Shown: positions 10,022 through 20,300 of the stretch, piece by piece | Layout of the letters: each line of letters starts with the position of its first letter | How positions within the stretch are numbered: position 1 is the first letter of the stretch | Assembly (NCBI GenBank): GCA_947629325.1 | Contig: CANRDE010000001.1 | Coordinates: forward strand, 4,028 to 68,027 | DNA length: 64,000 nucleotides | Source of the DNA: an uncultured Bacilli bacterium | GTDB lineage: Bacteria; Bacillota_I; Bacilli_A; RF39; UBA660 | Direction of reading: 5' to 3' | Notes under the pieces: model-generated | Databases searched by the model: none | What the model was told of the DNA's origin: nothing | The model's input: only the letters and a program-made list of their open reading frames with translations | Position numbers and translations under genes: made by a program

Positions 10022-11129
10022 TTAAATTTTTTAACTTGTTATATTCTACCTCAAATATTTCTAAAAATCTATTAATTTCTAAAACTGTAGTTAAATGTGA
10101 CAAACTAATTCGAAGACAAGATTTACTGCGACCTAAATCATTGTAAATAGCCATGACACTATTACATATTTCATTTTCAGAATTTGAATTAACATAAATT
10201 TCATGATTGGATAATATATTAACCATTGTTTCGGCTAAAACATCCGTAAAACTAATATTTAAAATATGGGGAATTGTGTATTCAGTTTTATTAATAGTAA
10301 TCCCTTCAATATGAGATAGTTTACTAACTAAGCGCTCATTTAAAAGAGTTATATATTTTTCCCGTTTATCAATATCTTTCAAAGCTATTTTCAAAGCTTC
10401 TTTCATACTTACTATTAAAGGAAGCGGGGTTGTTCCAATAAAAGAATTTACATTTTTGCTAAATAAAATGGGAGAAATTTTAACACTACTATTTTTATAT
10501 AAAAAACCAATCCCTTTAGGGCCATAAAATTTATGCGCACTAACACTTCCCAAATCAATATCTCGAAAATTAATAGTGGTTTTGCCTATTGCTTGAGCTA
10601 AATCGGAATGAAATAAAGTATGTTCATTTTCTTTTTTGATAATTTGTCTTAACATTTTTAACGGTTGGCGTACTCCAGTTTCATAATTTACTGCTGCGAT
10701 ACTGACTAAAATGGTATCTTCTCTAATTAGTCTTTTTAAATCATCAAAAACAATTAAACCATCCCGATCATTATTAACATAACTGATTTCAAAACCAATG
10801 CTTTCTAAATAATTACATATCTCATAAATTTCTGGATGTTCTAATTTAGATACAATAATATGCCGCCCCTTTTTATGATTGGCTAAAGCTACACCAATAA
10901 GTGCTCGGTTATTAGCTTCAGTTGAACCACTCGTATATATAATTTCACTATCCATTATGTTTAACATATCACTAATTTCTTTAGTGGTATTTTCTAATAA
11001 CTTTTTTGATTTCTCCCCTAACTTATTGTGGGAAGCAAAAGAACCAATATATTCTTTACTGACTTTAGTATAAACATCTAAAGCATCTAGGGAAATAGGG
11101 GTCGTTGCACTATAGTCAAGATAAATCAT
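10011..11129 (-). CDS. cysteine desulfurase (NifS/IscS class V aminotransferase), ThiI partner
   Basis: MIYLDYSATTP start and PLP-lysine context SAHKFYGPKGIG. Overlaps thiI by 11 nt. Confidence 0.9.
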   Translation of the reverse strand: MIYLDYSATTPISLDALDVYTKVSKEYIGSFASHNKLGEKSKKLLENTTKEISDMLNIMDSEIIYTSGSTEANNRALIGVALANHKKGRHIIVSKLEHPEIYEICNYLESIGFEISYVNNDRDGLIVFDDLKRLIREDTILVSIAAVNYETGVRQPLKMLRQIIKKENEHTLFHSDLAQAIGKTTINFRDIDLGSVSAHKFYGPKGIGFLYKNSSVKISPILFSKNVNSFIGTTPLPLIVSMKEALKIALKDIDKREKYITLLNERLVSKLSHIEGITINKTEYTIPHILNISFTDVLAETMVNILSNHEIYVNSNSENEICNSVMAIYNDLGRSKSCLRISLSHLTTVLEINRFLEIFEVEYNKLKNLIGR

Positions 11130-11206
11130 TTTATCACTCCATTTTACATATTCAGTATATCAAAAAAGTTAGCAATAATCTATCATAAAAAAGAAGCGCC
11201 ATATTT

Positions 11207-12538
11207 TTATTTGCGCTCCTTTTTGGGTTTTCTAGTCAAAGTTGGTAACTTAGCAAGTTCTATATTGCCATCTGTTCCTTCGCAATATTTAATATATCTT
11301 TCAATTTGGGAATTTTTACTTTCCGGAATCGGTATTTCTATCTCAATATTTAAAGAAGAAAATAATTTTATAAATTCCATTACTAGTTCTTCATCATATC
11401 GAACACTATTTACTAATTCAGTCGCCACTTCTTTAAATTCATTTTGTAGTTCTTTATCCGCTAATTTAGCTTTTAACGCTAAAATTTCAGGCGCTTCAAA
11501 ATCATTTAAAAGTTTTCCTAAAATATTAGAACATTGATTATTAATAAAATATTGATTAGTTAAAATTAAATATGTACATTTAGCTTTAGCATAAGTGACA
11601 CACGCGTTAATAATACTTACTCCTTCCACAGCCAAAAGTTCATTAATTTTATATAAATCTTCTAAAACAGCGTAAGCATAACTTGCATTAAAATACTGTT
11701 TAGAGCTATTCATAAGATAAGCTAATTTCATTTCGGTATTATCTTCAATATAGGTTTTATTGGTCATGACTTTTAAAGCAAATTCCGCATTAAAATCATT
11801 TAGAGACTCACTAAATATTTTCGCTGCTGGTAAAACACCACTAGATTTGATTTCATTAACAACAGAGATATATGTAAAAAAGCAATCTATATTATTTACA
11901 TTTTGACATTTAGCCATAATCTTTAAGACAGGAAGCGCTAATCCCATTTTTAAAAGCCAATTTTGTTTCAAAATAGAGAACAATTTATGAAGCAGTTCTT
12001 CTGATTCAATAGAGCTAAAAATAGTAGCAATTTCAAATGGTTCACAATTTTCATATTGGGAATCCATAAGAACCATTCTAATATATTTACTATTAGAATT
12101 ATTTTTGGCTTTACCAAAGATTTTTAAGGCTTTTATAATAAATTCATCGCCTTTTTCTTTATTATTTTCCAAAAACCAAATAATATAGGAAAAATTAGTA
12201 TTTGATTCAGAATCAGCGATTATTTGAAAGGCGGTTTCAATTACCGAAAGAGAAATACCATTAATATTAGCAATATTTTCCATAACAGAAATATTATTTT
12301 GATTTTGGCATTTTTTCATATTGTCTATCAATATTTTTAAGAAAGTAAATAGATAATCTTTATTTTTATCTTTAAACTTTAAAGCATATTTTATCGCTAT
12401 ACTAAAATATTTATAATCTATAAAATTAATCTTTTCCAAAACTTGTTCATCAATTTTTAAAATTTCCTTTATTTGAGTTTCCGAATATCTTAAGCTTTCC
12501 ATTTTTTTTAACAAATCTTTTGCCACTTTTGCATTCAT
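11207..12538 (-). CDS. hypothetical helical protein (443 aa)
   Basis: Long ORF. A hairpin plus T-run terminator follows its stop (about 11188..11222). Confidence 0.5.
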   Translation of the reverse strand: MNAKVAKDLLKKMESLRYSETQIKEILKIDEQVLEKINFIDYKYFSIAIKYALKFKDKNKDYLFTFLKILIDNMKKCQNQNNISVMENIANINGISLSVIETAFQIIADSESNTNFSYIIWFLENNKEKGDEFIIKALKIFGKAKNNSNSKYIRMVLMDSQYENCEPFEIATIFSSIESEELLHKLFSILKQNWLLKMGLALPVLKIMAKCQNVNNIDCFFTYISVVNEIKSSGVLPAAKIFSESLNDFNAEFALKVMTNKTYIEDNTEMKLAYLMNSSKQYFNASYAYAVLEDLYKINELLAVEGVSIINACVTYAKAKCTYLILTNQYFINNQCSNILGKLLNDFEAPEILALKAKLADKELQNEFKEVATELVNSVRYDEELVMEFIKLFSSLNIEIEIPIPESKNSQIERYIKYCEGTDGNIELAKLPTLTRKPKKERK

Positions 12539-12660
12539 TCCAAACCACTCCTAAATATATATTTTTATTATAATTAATGATTTAGATTATTGCAATAATA
12601 AACCTACAATATTATTTAGCATTTATTCAGACTTATATAATTTAAACCAAGTTTTAGGCG

Positions 12661-12690
12661 AAAGAAAAAAGTACTGTTAAACAGCACTTA
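12661..12690 (-). terminator. rho-independent terminator of ezrA
   Basis: The minus-strand transcript reads AGUGCUGUU-UA-AACAGUACU (9 bp including one G.U pair) followed by UUUUUUCUUU, immediately after the ezrA stop. Confidence 0.5.
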
Positions 12691-12698
12691 TACATATT

Positions 12699-14414
12699 TT
12701 ATTTATATTCTTCAAGTAATCTTTTATGAATTCCCGGTTCAATTATATTTATAGCATTTATGGCATTTTCTAAACTATTTTTAAAATTCCCTTTATAAAA
12801 GGCGGCTTCGGCTTTAGTTAAGCCAAAATCTACTTCTTTATTGACAACACGATAACGGTTTCCATATACAATAGCTGTTTCCGCCATTTTAGCCGTTTTA
12901 ACAGTTTCATTAATAGTATTATAAACTTTTAATACTAAATCTCTTGCTGTATCTACCCGTAAGTTAAGAGTTTTTATAGAAATTGGCCTTTTATCTAATT
13001 CTTTAATCATTTCATTAATTGCTAAAGTAGCTTCAGATAATTCTACATAATAATTTTTGGGAATTATAGGCAATTTATAACTTCTTACTTTCTCTTTAGC
13101 TTGAATTAATATATCTTTTATTTCATCTAATTGATCACGAGCGCGATTTTCATCTTCTTTTAAGCTTCCTAACGTTCTTAATGCCACATTTAATTTTTCT
13201 TCGGACTTAGTTAATTTATTATTTAATATTTCCATTTCTTTTGAAAGTCTAGAATAAGCTAACGTCTTATTCCTTTCCATTTCTACTACCCGATCATAAG
13301 TCTCTCTAATATTACTAAACTCTTCTTTTATTTCACTAATAACTAATACTTCATCATCAGATAAATCATAACTATATTTTATATCATCAATTTTACGATA
13401 TAATTCATTATTTATTTTTTCTAATTTACTAACTTTAATTAAAATACTTCTTTTGTAATCTTCATATAAATTTTTAGTTAATTTTTCTTTATCAAAGTCA
13501 TTATATAAAGAATCAAAATAATCTAACATTGTTTTAAGCTCAAAAACAGAATCAACTACATTAAGAACATTTAATCTACTAAAAACATCTTGAATTTTTT
13601 TGTTAGCTTCTTCTATGTTATATTCAATATTTAAATATTCTAAATTATACCCTTCTAAACACATTTTATGATATATATTACTAATATCTTCAATCCTTTT
13701 CGGAATTAAAACATTGCCTAAATTAACAATTGTTTTAGTCTCATTAATAACAATTTTTAAATTGCCAATAACATCATCGATTGCTTTAACAATTTTTCCT
13801 ACTTCTAAATATTCATTCTTGTCCATTGCATCTTCAAAAGCACTAAATAATTTATCAACATTTTCAAATTGTAATTCTAAAGGAGTTTTGATAATTTCAA
13901 AATCTTTTTCATTATTAGTATATAAATTTCTAATATCACGATAATCAGCTTTTAATTTAATTATTGTTTCGCGATTTCTTTCTTCGGATAAAGTTATTTC
14001 TTTTATCTCTTCTAATAAAAAATCGGCTTTAGTTTTAATATAGTTAATATTTAATTCTACATCAATTAAACTTTTTTTTAATTTTTGATAATCTTTTTCA
14101 TTAAAATCATTTTGCAACTCGATTATTTCATCAGTTATTTTAGGAATTTCAACATCCCTAATCGTTTCAAATCTTTTTTGCCAGTTATTATATTTTTTCT
14201 TCAATTCGTTATTATTAACTAAGGCTTCTACTTTATTAAGCTCTGATAATATGGAACTAGATATAATTAAATTTTTATCTCTTTCTAAAGCATTTATTTC
14301 TTTAGTCATTTTATTTTGAAATTTTTTATTCATTAATATTAAAACAATTACAACTATCACCATTGTAACTAAATAATACGCAACTGCAATTAGTAAAAAA
14401 GTTTCTCTTGTCAT
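12699..14414 (-). CDS. ezrA: septation ring formation regulator EzrA
   Basis: One N-terminal TM helix followed by ~540 aa of coiled coil, the size and architecture of EzrA. Confidence 0.85.
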   Translation of the reverse strand: MTRETFLLIAVAYYLVTMVIVVIVLILMNKKFQNKMTKEINALERDKNLIISSSILSELNKVEALVNNNELKKKYNNWQKRFETIRDVEIPKITDEIIELQNDFNEKDYQKLKKSLIDVELNINYIKTKADFLLEEIKEITLSEERNRETIIKLKADYRDIRNLYTNNEKDFEIIKTPLELQFENVDKLFSAFEDAMDKNEYLEVGKIVKAIDDVIGNLKIVINETKTIVNLGNVLIPKRIEDISNIYHKMCLEGYNLEYLNIEYNIEEANKKIQDVFSRLNVLNVVDSVFELKTMLDYFDSLYNDFDKEKLTKNLYEDYKRSILIKVSKLEKINNELYRKIDDIKYSYDLSDDEVLVISEIKEEFSNIRETYDRVVEMERNKTLAYSRLSKEMEILNNKLTKSEEKLNVALRTLGSLKEDENRARDQLDEIKDILIQAKEKVRSYKLPIIPKNYYVELSEATLAINEMIKELDKRPISIKTLNLRVDTARDLVLKVYNTINETVKTAKMAETAIVYGNRYRVVNKEVDFGLTKAEAAFYKGNFKNSLENAINAINIIEPGIHKRLLEEYK

Positions 14415-14506
14415 GAAAGAACCACCTTACTATATAATCATTTTAACATATAAATTAACTTTTTAGAATATAAGAATCTATAATTTTTATATTTTGTTAA
14501 AATTTG

Positions 14507-15337
14507 TCAAATTTGAGGGCCACTATGCTCTCTTTCCTGCTCTTCCATGATTCTAAGCTTTTCCTCCAAGGCGGCCATTTCTTCTTCTACTCCATCAAAT
14601 TCTGGACGCCAAACTACTGCTTCACCATTTTGAATGGCATTCCAATAATTTTTATAAACATCACTATTTATAATATCAGCTAATTGACTATATCTTCTCA
14701 TTACAGCTTCTTTAGTTACTAAAATTCGTCTTCCTGGAGTAACTAACTCTTCTAATTCAAATTTGCCTTCAGGAGTAACTCTAGATGTTACATAACCACA
14801 CAGATATTCCGGTTTTAAAACTTTTTTACTACCTTCATTATTAATTAATGAAAATTGATCTTTAAATTTAGCTTTCGGAATTTTTACTATTAAGGCTGAA
14901 CCCCAACCCAACCCATATCGTTTATAAACGGCACCTTCAGACAAAGCTTTTAAAAATTCACAATAATCTGAATGAAAAGTAATATTATGTTCCAAACTAA
15001 AACCACTATCGGAATTAGCAATACCACTACTGCCATGATTAGTTAATTCTAATCCTTCTCTTAATATTTTATCAACATCTGGTGCTAAACCTGTTCTATG
15101 AACGCCATAAACATACTCACTATCGCTAATCATAGATTCTAAATTGCTACCTATTTCTTTTGGAATTATAATATTCTCTCTTGCATAGAAAAAGGCAGCC
15201 AACATAAAATATTCGTTATAATTTAATTGGGTTTGATTATGCGTATAAACATAAATTAACTCTTGTAAAGAGCCATATTTCTTTATACCTTCTTCAATTA
15301 AAGCATTAGTAGGTATTTTATATTTCTCAAATTCCAT
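14507..15337 (-). CDS. hypothetical protein (276 aa) with Glu-rich coiled-coil C-terminus
   Basis: Long ORF. The last ~90 nt are markedly GC-richer than their surroundings. Confidence 0.5.
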   Translation of the reverse strand: MEFEKYKIPTNALIEEGIKKYGSLQELIYVYTHNQTQLNYNEYFMLAAFFYARENIIIPKEIGSNLESMISDSEYVYGVHRTGLAPDVDKILREGLELTNHGSSGIANSDSGFSLEHNITFHSDYCEFLKALSEGAVYKRYGLGWGSALIVKIPKAKFKDQFSLINNEGSKKVLKPEYLCGYVTSRVTPEGKFELEELVTPGRRILVTKEAVMRRYSQLADIINSDVYKNYWNAIQNGEAVVWRPEFDGVEEEMAALEEKLRIMEEQEREHSGPQI

Positions 15338-15467
15338 ATAATCACCATATTCTAAGATAATTATAGAATAATATTATGGAGAATGCAAATTAGAAATGTA
15401 ATTTATGTCAAGTCACATATTATTTGGATTGTTTATCAAATTTTTTTAAAGTATAATTAAAGAGAGC

Positions 15468-15498
15468 CTAATAGTTCTCAGGAATTATTAGTTTTTTT
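15468..15498 (+). terminator. pyrG leader hairpin plus U-run (candidate attenuator)
   Basis: CUAAUAGUUC-UCAG-GAAUUAUUAG forms a 10-bp stem with one G.U pair, followed by UUUUUUU, 17 nt before the pyrG ATG. A putative promoter lies upstream (-10 TATAAT at 15452..15457). Confidence 0.5.
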
Positions 15499-15514
15499 GT
15501 TTATGGGAGGTATT

Positions 15515-17119
15515 ATGACAAAATATGTTTTTGTTACAGGGGGAGTTGTTTCAGGTTTAGGGAAAGGAATAACCGCATCGAGTATTGCTCTACTTTTAAA
15601 ATCACGAGGCTATAAAGTTTTTATGCAAAAATTTGATCCCTATTTTAATGTTGATCCAGGGACTATGAATCCCATTCAACATGGTGAAGTTTTTGTCACC
15701 TATGATGGTTGCGAAACTGATTTAGATTTAGGCCATTATGAAAGATTTATTGATGAGGAATTAAATTATTCTTCTAATATTACTAGTGGAAAAATATATA
15801 AATCTGTAATTGAAAAAGAAAGAAGAGGCGATTATTTGGGAGCTACTGTCCAAATGGTACCTCATATTACTAACGAAATTAAAAATAAAATTTACGAAGC
15901 GGGAGCTTCAAGTAATGCGGATATTGTTATTACAGAAATTGGGGGAACTGTTGGAGATATTGAATCTCAACCATTTATTGAGGCATTGAGACAAGTTCAA
16001 TATGAAAAAGGCAAAAAAAATACTTTTTTTGTTCACTGCACTCTTATCCCCTATATTTTTGGATCCGGCGAGTTAAAAACTAAACCAACCCAAAATAGTG
16101 TTAAAGATTTAAGAAACATGGGAATCACTCCTAATGCTTTAGTTTGTCGAGCTCCATACGAAACGGGCATAAATATCAAAAATAAATTATCACTTTTTTG
16201 TTCGATTCCAGTAGAAAATATTATAGATTCAGTTGATGTAAATAATATCTATCAAATTCCAATCAATTATTACAATCAAAAAATAGATGAAATTATTTTA
16301 AAACAATTTGATTTATCTTTGAAAAAAGCTAATTTAAAATATTGGCAAGATTTAGTAAATACTGTTGATAATTTAAAAGATGAATTAGAAATTGCTTTAG
16401 TTGGTAAATATGTGGAATTACATGATGCTTATATTTCGGTAGCTGAAGCCTTAAAACATGCCGGATATAAAATAAATAAAAAGATTAATATTAATTGGAT
16501 TGATTCTGAGAAATTAGAAAATAGTAAAGTAAATTTAAAAGAAGTATTTAAAAATGCCAAAGGAATCTTAGTTCCCGGCGGATTTGGTTCGAGAGGCATC
16601 GAAGGAAAAATTAAGGCAATAAATTATGCTCGCGTTAATAAAATACCATTTTTAGGAATTTGTTTAGGAATGCAATTAGCAATTATTGAATTTGCTCGCA
16701 ACATTTGTCATATCGAGGATGCTGATTCAACTGAATTTAAAGCTAATTGTAAAAATCCAATTATAGATTTAATGACAAATCAAAAAGCGATAATTAACAT
16801 GGGCGGAACCTTACGACTTGGTAATTATGAATGTAGCCTTGTTAAAAATACTCTAGCCTATAAAGATTATCAATGTGAGACTATTTTAGAAAGACATCGG
16901 CATCGATATGAATTTAATAATGAATATAAAAGTATATTAGAAAAAAATGGACTTGTATTCTCCGGAATAAATTCCAAATCTAACTTAGTAGAAATTGTAG
17001 AATTACCTAGTCATCCTCATTTCATAGCTTGTCAATTTCACCCTGAGTTTAAAAGTCGACCTACCAAACCTCATCCTTTATTCATGAGTTTTATTGAAGC
17101 CGCTAATAAAATTAAATAG
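15515..17119 (+). CDS. pyrG: CTP synthase
   Basis: MTKYVFVTGGVVSGLGKG and a glutamine amidotransferase C-domain. ATG 15515 is preferred over TTG 15497 because a GGGAGG RBS sits just upstream. Confidence 0.95.
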   Translation: MTKYVFVTGGVVSGLGKGITASSIALLLKSRGYKVFMQKFDPYFNVDPGTMNPIQHGEVFVTYDGCETDLDLGHYERFIDEELNYSSNITSGKIYKSVIEKERRGDYLGATVQMVPHITNEIKNKIYEAGASSNADIVITEIGGTVGDIESQPFIEALRQVQYEKGKKNTFFVHCTLIPYIFGSGELKTKPTQNSVKDLRNMGITPNALVCRAPYETGINIKNKLSLFCSIPVENIIDSVDVNNIYQIPINYYNQKIDEIILKQFDLSLKKANLKYWQDLVNTVDNLKDELEIALVGKYVELHDAYISVAEALKHAGYKINKKININWIDSEKLENSKVNLKEVFKNAKGILVPGGFGSRGIEGKIKAINYARVNKIPFLGICLGMQLAIIEFARNICHIEDADSTEFKANCKNPIIDLMTNQKAIINMGGTLRLGNYECSLVKNTLAYKDYQCETILERHRHRYEFNNEYKSILEKNGLVFSGINSKSNLVEIVELPSHPHFIACQFHPEFKSRPTKPHPLFMSFIEAANKIK

Positions 17120-17126
17120 AATAAAG

Positions 17127-17160
17127 AAAGAACATATTTTAAGTAAAAAATATGTTCTTT
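17127..17160. terminator. bidirectional terminator between convergent pyrG and mutL
   Basis: Perfect 14-bp inverted repeat aaagaacatatttt/aaaatatgttcttt with a 6-nt loop, flanked by A/T runs. Confidence 0.6.
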
Positions 17161-18882
17161 TTAATTCATAGCTCTTTTAAACATTTTTTCTAAATCATAA
17201 ATACTAAATTTTATAATCGTTGGTCTTCCATGAGGACAATTATAAGGATTATCACATTTAACTAAATTTTTTAAAAGTCCTTCTATTTCTAACATAGAGA
17301 TATGTTCATTAGCTTTGATAGCCATTTTACATGCTAAAGTTATAGCTACATTTTCGCGAAACTTTATAGGATCAAAATCACCATTCAATGTAATTATTAA
17401 ATCAATGATTTTCCGAATGCTCTCTTCCTCATATCCGATTTTTAACCATGTTGGATGAGATTTGATAGCGATGGTATTTATCCCAAATTCTTCCCATTTA
17501 AATCCCATATCATTAAATACATTTTGGTGATTTAAAAATTTTATGTATTCACTTTGAGAAAACTCAATATTAATCGGAATTAATAAATCCGTAATCATAA
17601 TTTGATCATTTTTTAAATTCTCTAAATAATTTTCATAATTTACTCTTTCTTGAGCCGCATGTTGATCTAATAAATAAATACCCTCATCATTTTCACAAAC
17701 AATATAAGTCCCTAAACATAGTCCCACCGGATATAAAACTAAACTTTTAAAGTCTTCATTTTTAACGACTTTATCATTATCCATTTCCCCAAAATCAAAA
17801 GTTGTTTGTTTCCCTTCTAGATTAGAAATATCGGTGATGGGAATAAATTTATCTTTAATTTCATCCGCCTCTTTATTTGAAACGGCATTAGGAATTAATA
17901 AACTATCATATAATGCTTTTTTTATGGTTTGATATAACAAGTTATATAAGGAATCTATTTTACTTATTTTAACGTCTTGTTTAGTAGGGTGAATATTCAC
18001 ATCTACTAAAGTAGGATCCGTTTCAATATTTATTACTACTACTGGATATTTTCCATCGGGCTTATAAGTATAATAAGCATCATTAATTGCTTTATTAATT
18101 TCATTATTACGAATTACTCTCCCATTAACAAACGTAACTAAATGACTGCGACTTGCTTTCAAAATTTCTGGTTTACAAACATAACCTTTAATTTCAAAAT
18201 CATCATTCAAAGCATTTATTTCCAACATTTTACTAGAAATATTTAAACCATATATTTCATGAATAGTTTTTAATAAATTATTACTACCACTAGTTTTAAT
18301 TATCATATTGCCGTTATTGGATAATGAAAAGGCAATGTTGGGTTTAGCTAAAGCTAACTTTTCAATGTATTGAGTAGTATTAGCTAATTCAGTGGGTTCG
18401 CTTTTTAAATATTTTAATCTAGCCGGGGTATTATAAAATAAATTAGAAATAGTTATTTTAGTTCCTATTCGAGCACTACTAGGCTCTTTATTTATTATGG
18501 TTCCGCCCTTAATATGAACTCTAGTTCCTACTTCATTTTGGCATGTCTCTAAAACTACTTCTGACACACTTGCTATAGATGGCAAAGCTTCACCTCTAAA
18601 TCCTAGTGTATCTATAAAATATAAATCATCATCTTTATAAATTTTACTGGTAGCGTGCCTTTGAAAAGCCATTAAAGCATCATCTTCATCCATTCCCCAA
18701 CCATCATCTATTACAGTGATTTCTTCTAGGCCACCTTTTATTAAATTAACTTTAATGTTAGTAGCATGGGCATCAATGGAATTTTCCACTAACTCTTTCA
18801 CAACTGAAGCACACTTTTCCACGACTTCTCCCGCCGCTATTTTATTAGCTAAATTTTCACTCATTACTTTTATAACACTCAT
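17161..18882 (-). CDS. mutL: DNA mismatch repair protein MutL
   Basis: GHKL ATPase N-terminus (ANKIAAGEVVE, DDGWGM) and a MutL C-terminal dimerisation domain. Confidence 0.9.
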   Translation of the reverse strand: MSVIKVMSENLANKIAAGEVVEKCASVVKELVENSIDAHATNIKVNLIKGGLEEITVIDDGWGMDEDDALMAFQRHATSKIYKDDDLYFIDTLGFRGEALPSIASVSEVVLETCQNEVGTRVHIKGGTIINKEPSSARIGTKITISNLFYNTPARLKYLKSEPTELANTTQYIEKLALAKPNIAFSLSNNGNMIIKTSGSNNLLKTIHEIYGLNISSKMLEINALNDDFEIKGYVCKPEILKASRSHLVTFVNGRVIRNNEINKAINDAYYTYKPDGKYPVVVINIETDPTLVDVNIHPTKQDVKISKIDSLYNLLYQTIKKALYDSLLIPNAVSNKEADEIKDKFIPITDISNLEGKQTTFDFGEMDNDKVVKNEDFKSLVLYPVGLCLGTYIVCENDEGIYLLDQHAAQERVNYENYLENLKNDQIMITDLLIPINIEFSQSEYIKFLNHQNVFNDMGFKWEEFGINTIAIKSHPTWLKIGYEEESIRKIIDLIITLNGDFDPIKFRENVAITLACKMAIKANEHISMLEIEGLLKNLVKCDNPYNCPHGRPTIIKFSIYDLEKMFKRAMN

Positions 18883-18886
18883 AATA

Positions 18887-19774
18887 CTACCTACCTATAA
18901 TTGAATCTCTAATTTTTAAAGAAACATTACTATTTAAAATACAAGGATTTTTTATAAAAATAAATCCTTCTCCTCCCAGTTCGATGTCACTCGGTTTATT
19001 AACAATAATTTCTTTGGTTAAAACCTCATCATCTTTTTTACTTTTTAGATTAATATTGTTCGATAAATAAAAAGTAAAATTACCTTCTCCCTTTATTCTA
19101 ATATTATTTAATTCTAAAACATATTCTTTACTAACTTTTTTAGTAATTTCAGAAATACTTTCTAAATTTAATTTTTCCGGATTAATTATTAAACCAGGAG
19201 TATCGTAAATCAGACAATCTAAATAATTTATTTTAATAAAGTCTAAAGTTGTATTATTATACTTACTAGTTGTTAAATTACTATTAAATAATTTATTAAT
19301 AATTGTAGATTTTCCACTAGAAGTTTCTCCACATATTATAACTTTTCCTTGTTCTTTAATTATATTAATTAAGGAAGTCAAATTAATATTTTTTTTGGCA
19401 CTAACAAATAAAATGTCTTCCTTAATAGCAAAAGCTTTTTGCAAATTACTTTTTATATGTTCTAATTTTAAATTTGATGGAATTAAATCACATTTATTAA
19501 TAACTAACACTTTATTATTTTTTATTTTTTTATATGTGGCAATTACGTCACTATTTAAACTTAAAAAGTCCGTAATAAAAATGGTCAATAGATTTAAATT
19601 ATTTATTTTATTAATTATTTTAGTATTATCTATATTAGGAACTTTTTTCTCTTCATTATAATGTGTCATTCTAAAACAGCGTTCACAATATTTATTAGTT
19701 AAAAGAGGTGTATAACCCAATTTTTGGGAATCAGTATTTTGCAGTTTTATGCCACATCCACTACATTTACTCAT
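18887..19774 (-). CDS. yqeH: YqeH-like circularly permuted ribosome-biogenesis GTPase
   Basis: N-terminal Zn-finger CSGCG...CERC. G4 motif NKCDL precedes G1 motif GETSSGKST. Confidence 0.7.
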   Translation of the reverse strand: MSKCSGCGIKLQNTDSQKLGYTPLLTNKYCERCFRMTHYNEEKKVPNIDNTKIINKINNLNLLTIFITDFLSLNSDVIATYKKIKNNKVLVINKCDLIPSNLKLEHIKSNLQKAFAIKEDILFVSAKKNINLTSLINIIKEQGKVIICGETSSGKSTIINKLFNSNLTTSKYNNTTLDFIKINYLDCLIYDTPGLIINPEKLNLESISEITKKVSKEYVLELNNIRIKGEGNFTFYLSNNINLKSKKDDEVLTKEIIVNKPSDIELGGEGFIFIKNPCILNSNVSLKIRDSIIGR

Positions 19775-20291
19775 AATATTCTCCTTTTATAAGTAAACCC
19801 TTTTTATTAAATTTTTTAATAATATATTGATCAATTTTTTTGATAAAGTGCATATAAAAGGGCTCATCTTCACTGATTGAATTAACTAAAATAGTGGTAA
19901 AGCCCATTCGATTGCCTCCCCAAATATCAGTTATCAAAGTATCTCCAATCATAGCAATTTCGGTATCTTGGTAATTATATAAATTCATGATTTTTTTAAA
20001 TTTTTTCTTAAATGGTTTTTTAGAATTATAAGAAGCATCAATGTTTAACTTCTCTTTAAAAGGTCTTATTCTATCTTTACCACTATTAGAAACAATTATT
20101 ACCTTAAATGTTTTTTCTAATTCAAAAATTAATTCTCTTAATTTATCATTAGGATAGTCTACATCATAACTAACTAATGTATTATTTAAATCAAAAAGTA
20201 AACATTTAATTCCTCTTTTTTTTAATTTTTTATAATTAATTTTATAAATACTTTGGGCATATATATCAGGATAGAATAAATCCATTTTCAT
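19767..20291 (-). CDS. yqeG: YqeG-family HAD-IIIA phosphatase
   Basis: LLFDLNNTL HAD motif I. Sits upstream of and overlapping yqeH, as in the Bacillus yqeG-yqeH operon. Confidence 0.75.
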   Translation of the reverse strand: MKMDLFYPDIYAQSIYKINYKKLKKRGIKCLLFDLNNTLVSYDVDYPNDKLRELIFELEKTFKVIIVSNSGKDRIRPFKEKLNIDASYNSKKPFKKKFKKIMNLYNYQDTEIAMIGDTLITDIWGGNRMGFTTILVNSISEDEPFYMHFIKKIDQYIIKKFNKKGLLIKGEYYE

Positions 20292-20300
20292 CGTTCCTTT

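Noticed and set aside
15497-15514. ORF-track N-terminal extension of pyrG starting at TTG 15497 (MFMGGI…)
   Set aside because: The extension would be translated through the GGGAGG ribosome-binding site and overlaps the leader hairpin plus U-run. ATG 15515 with a conserved MTKYVFVTGG start is the better call.
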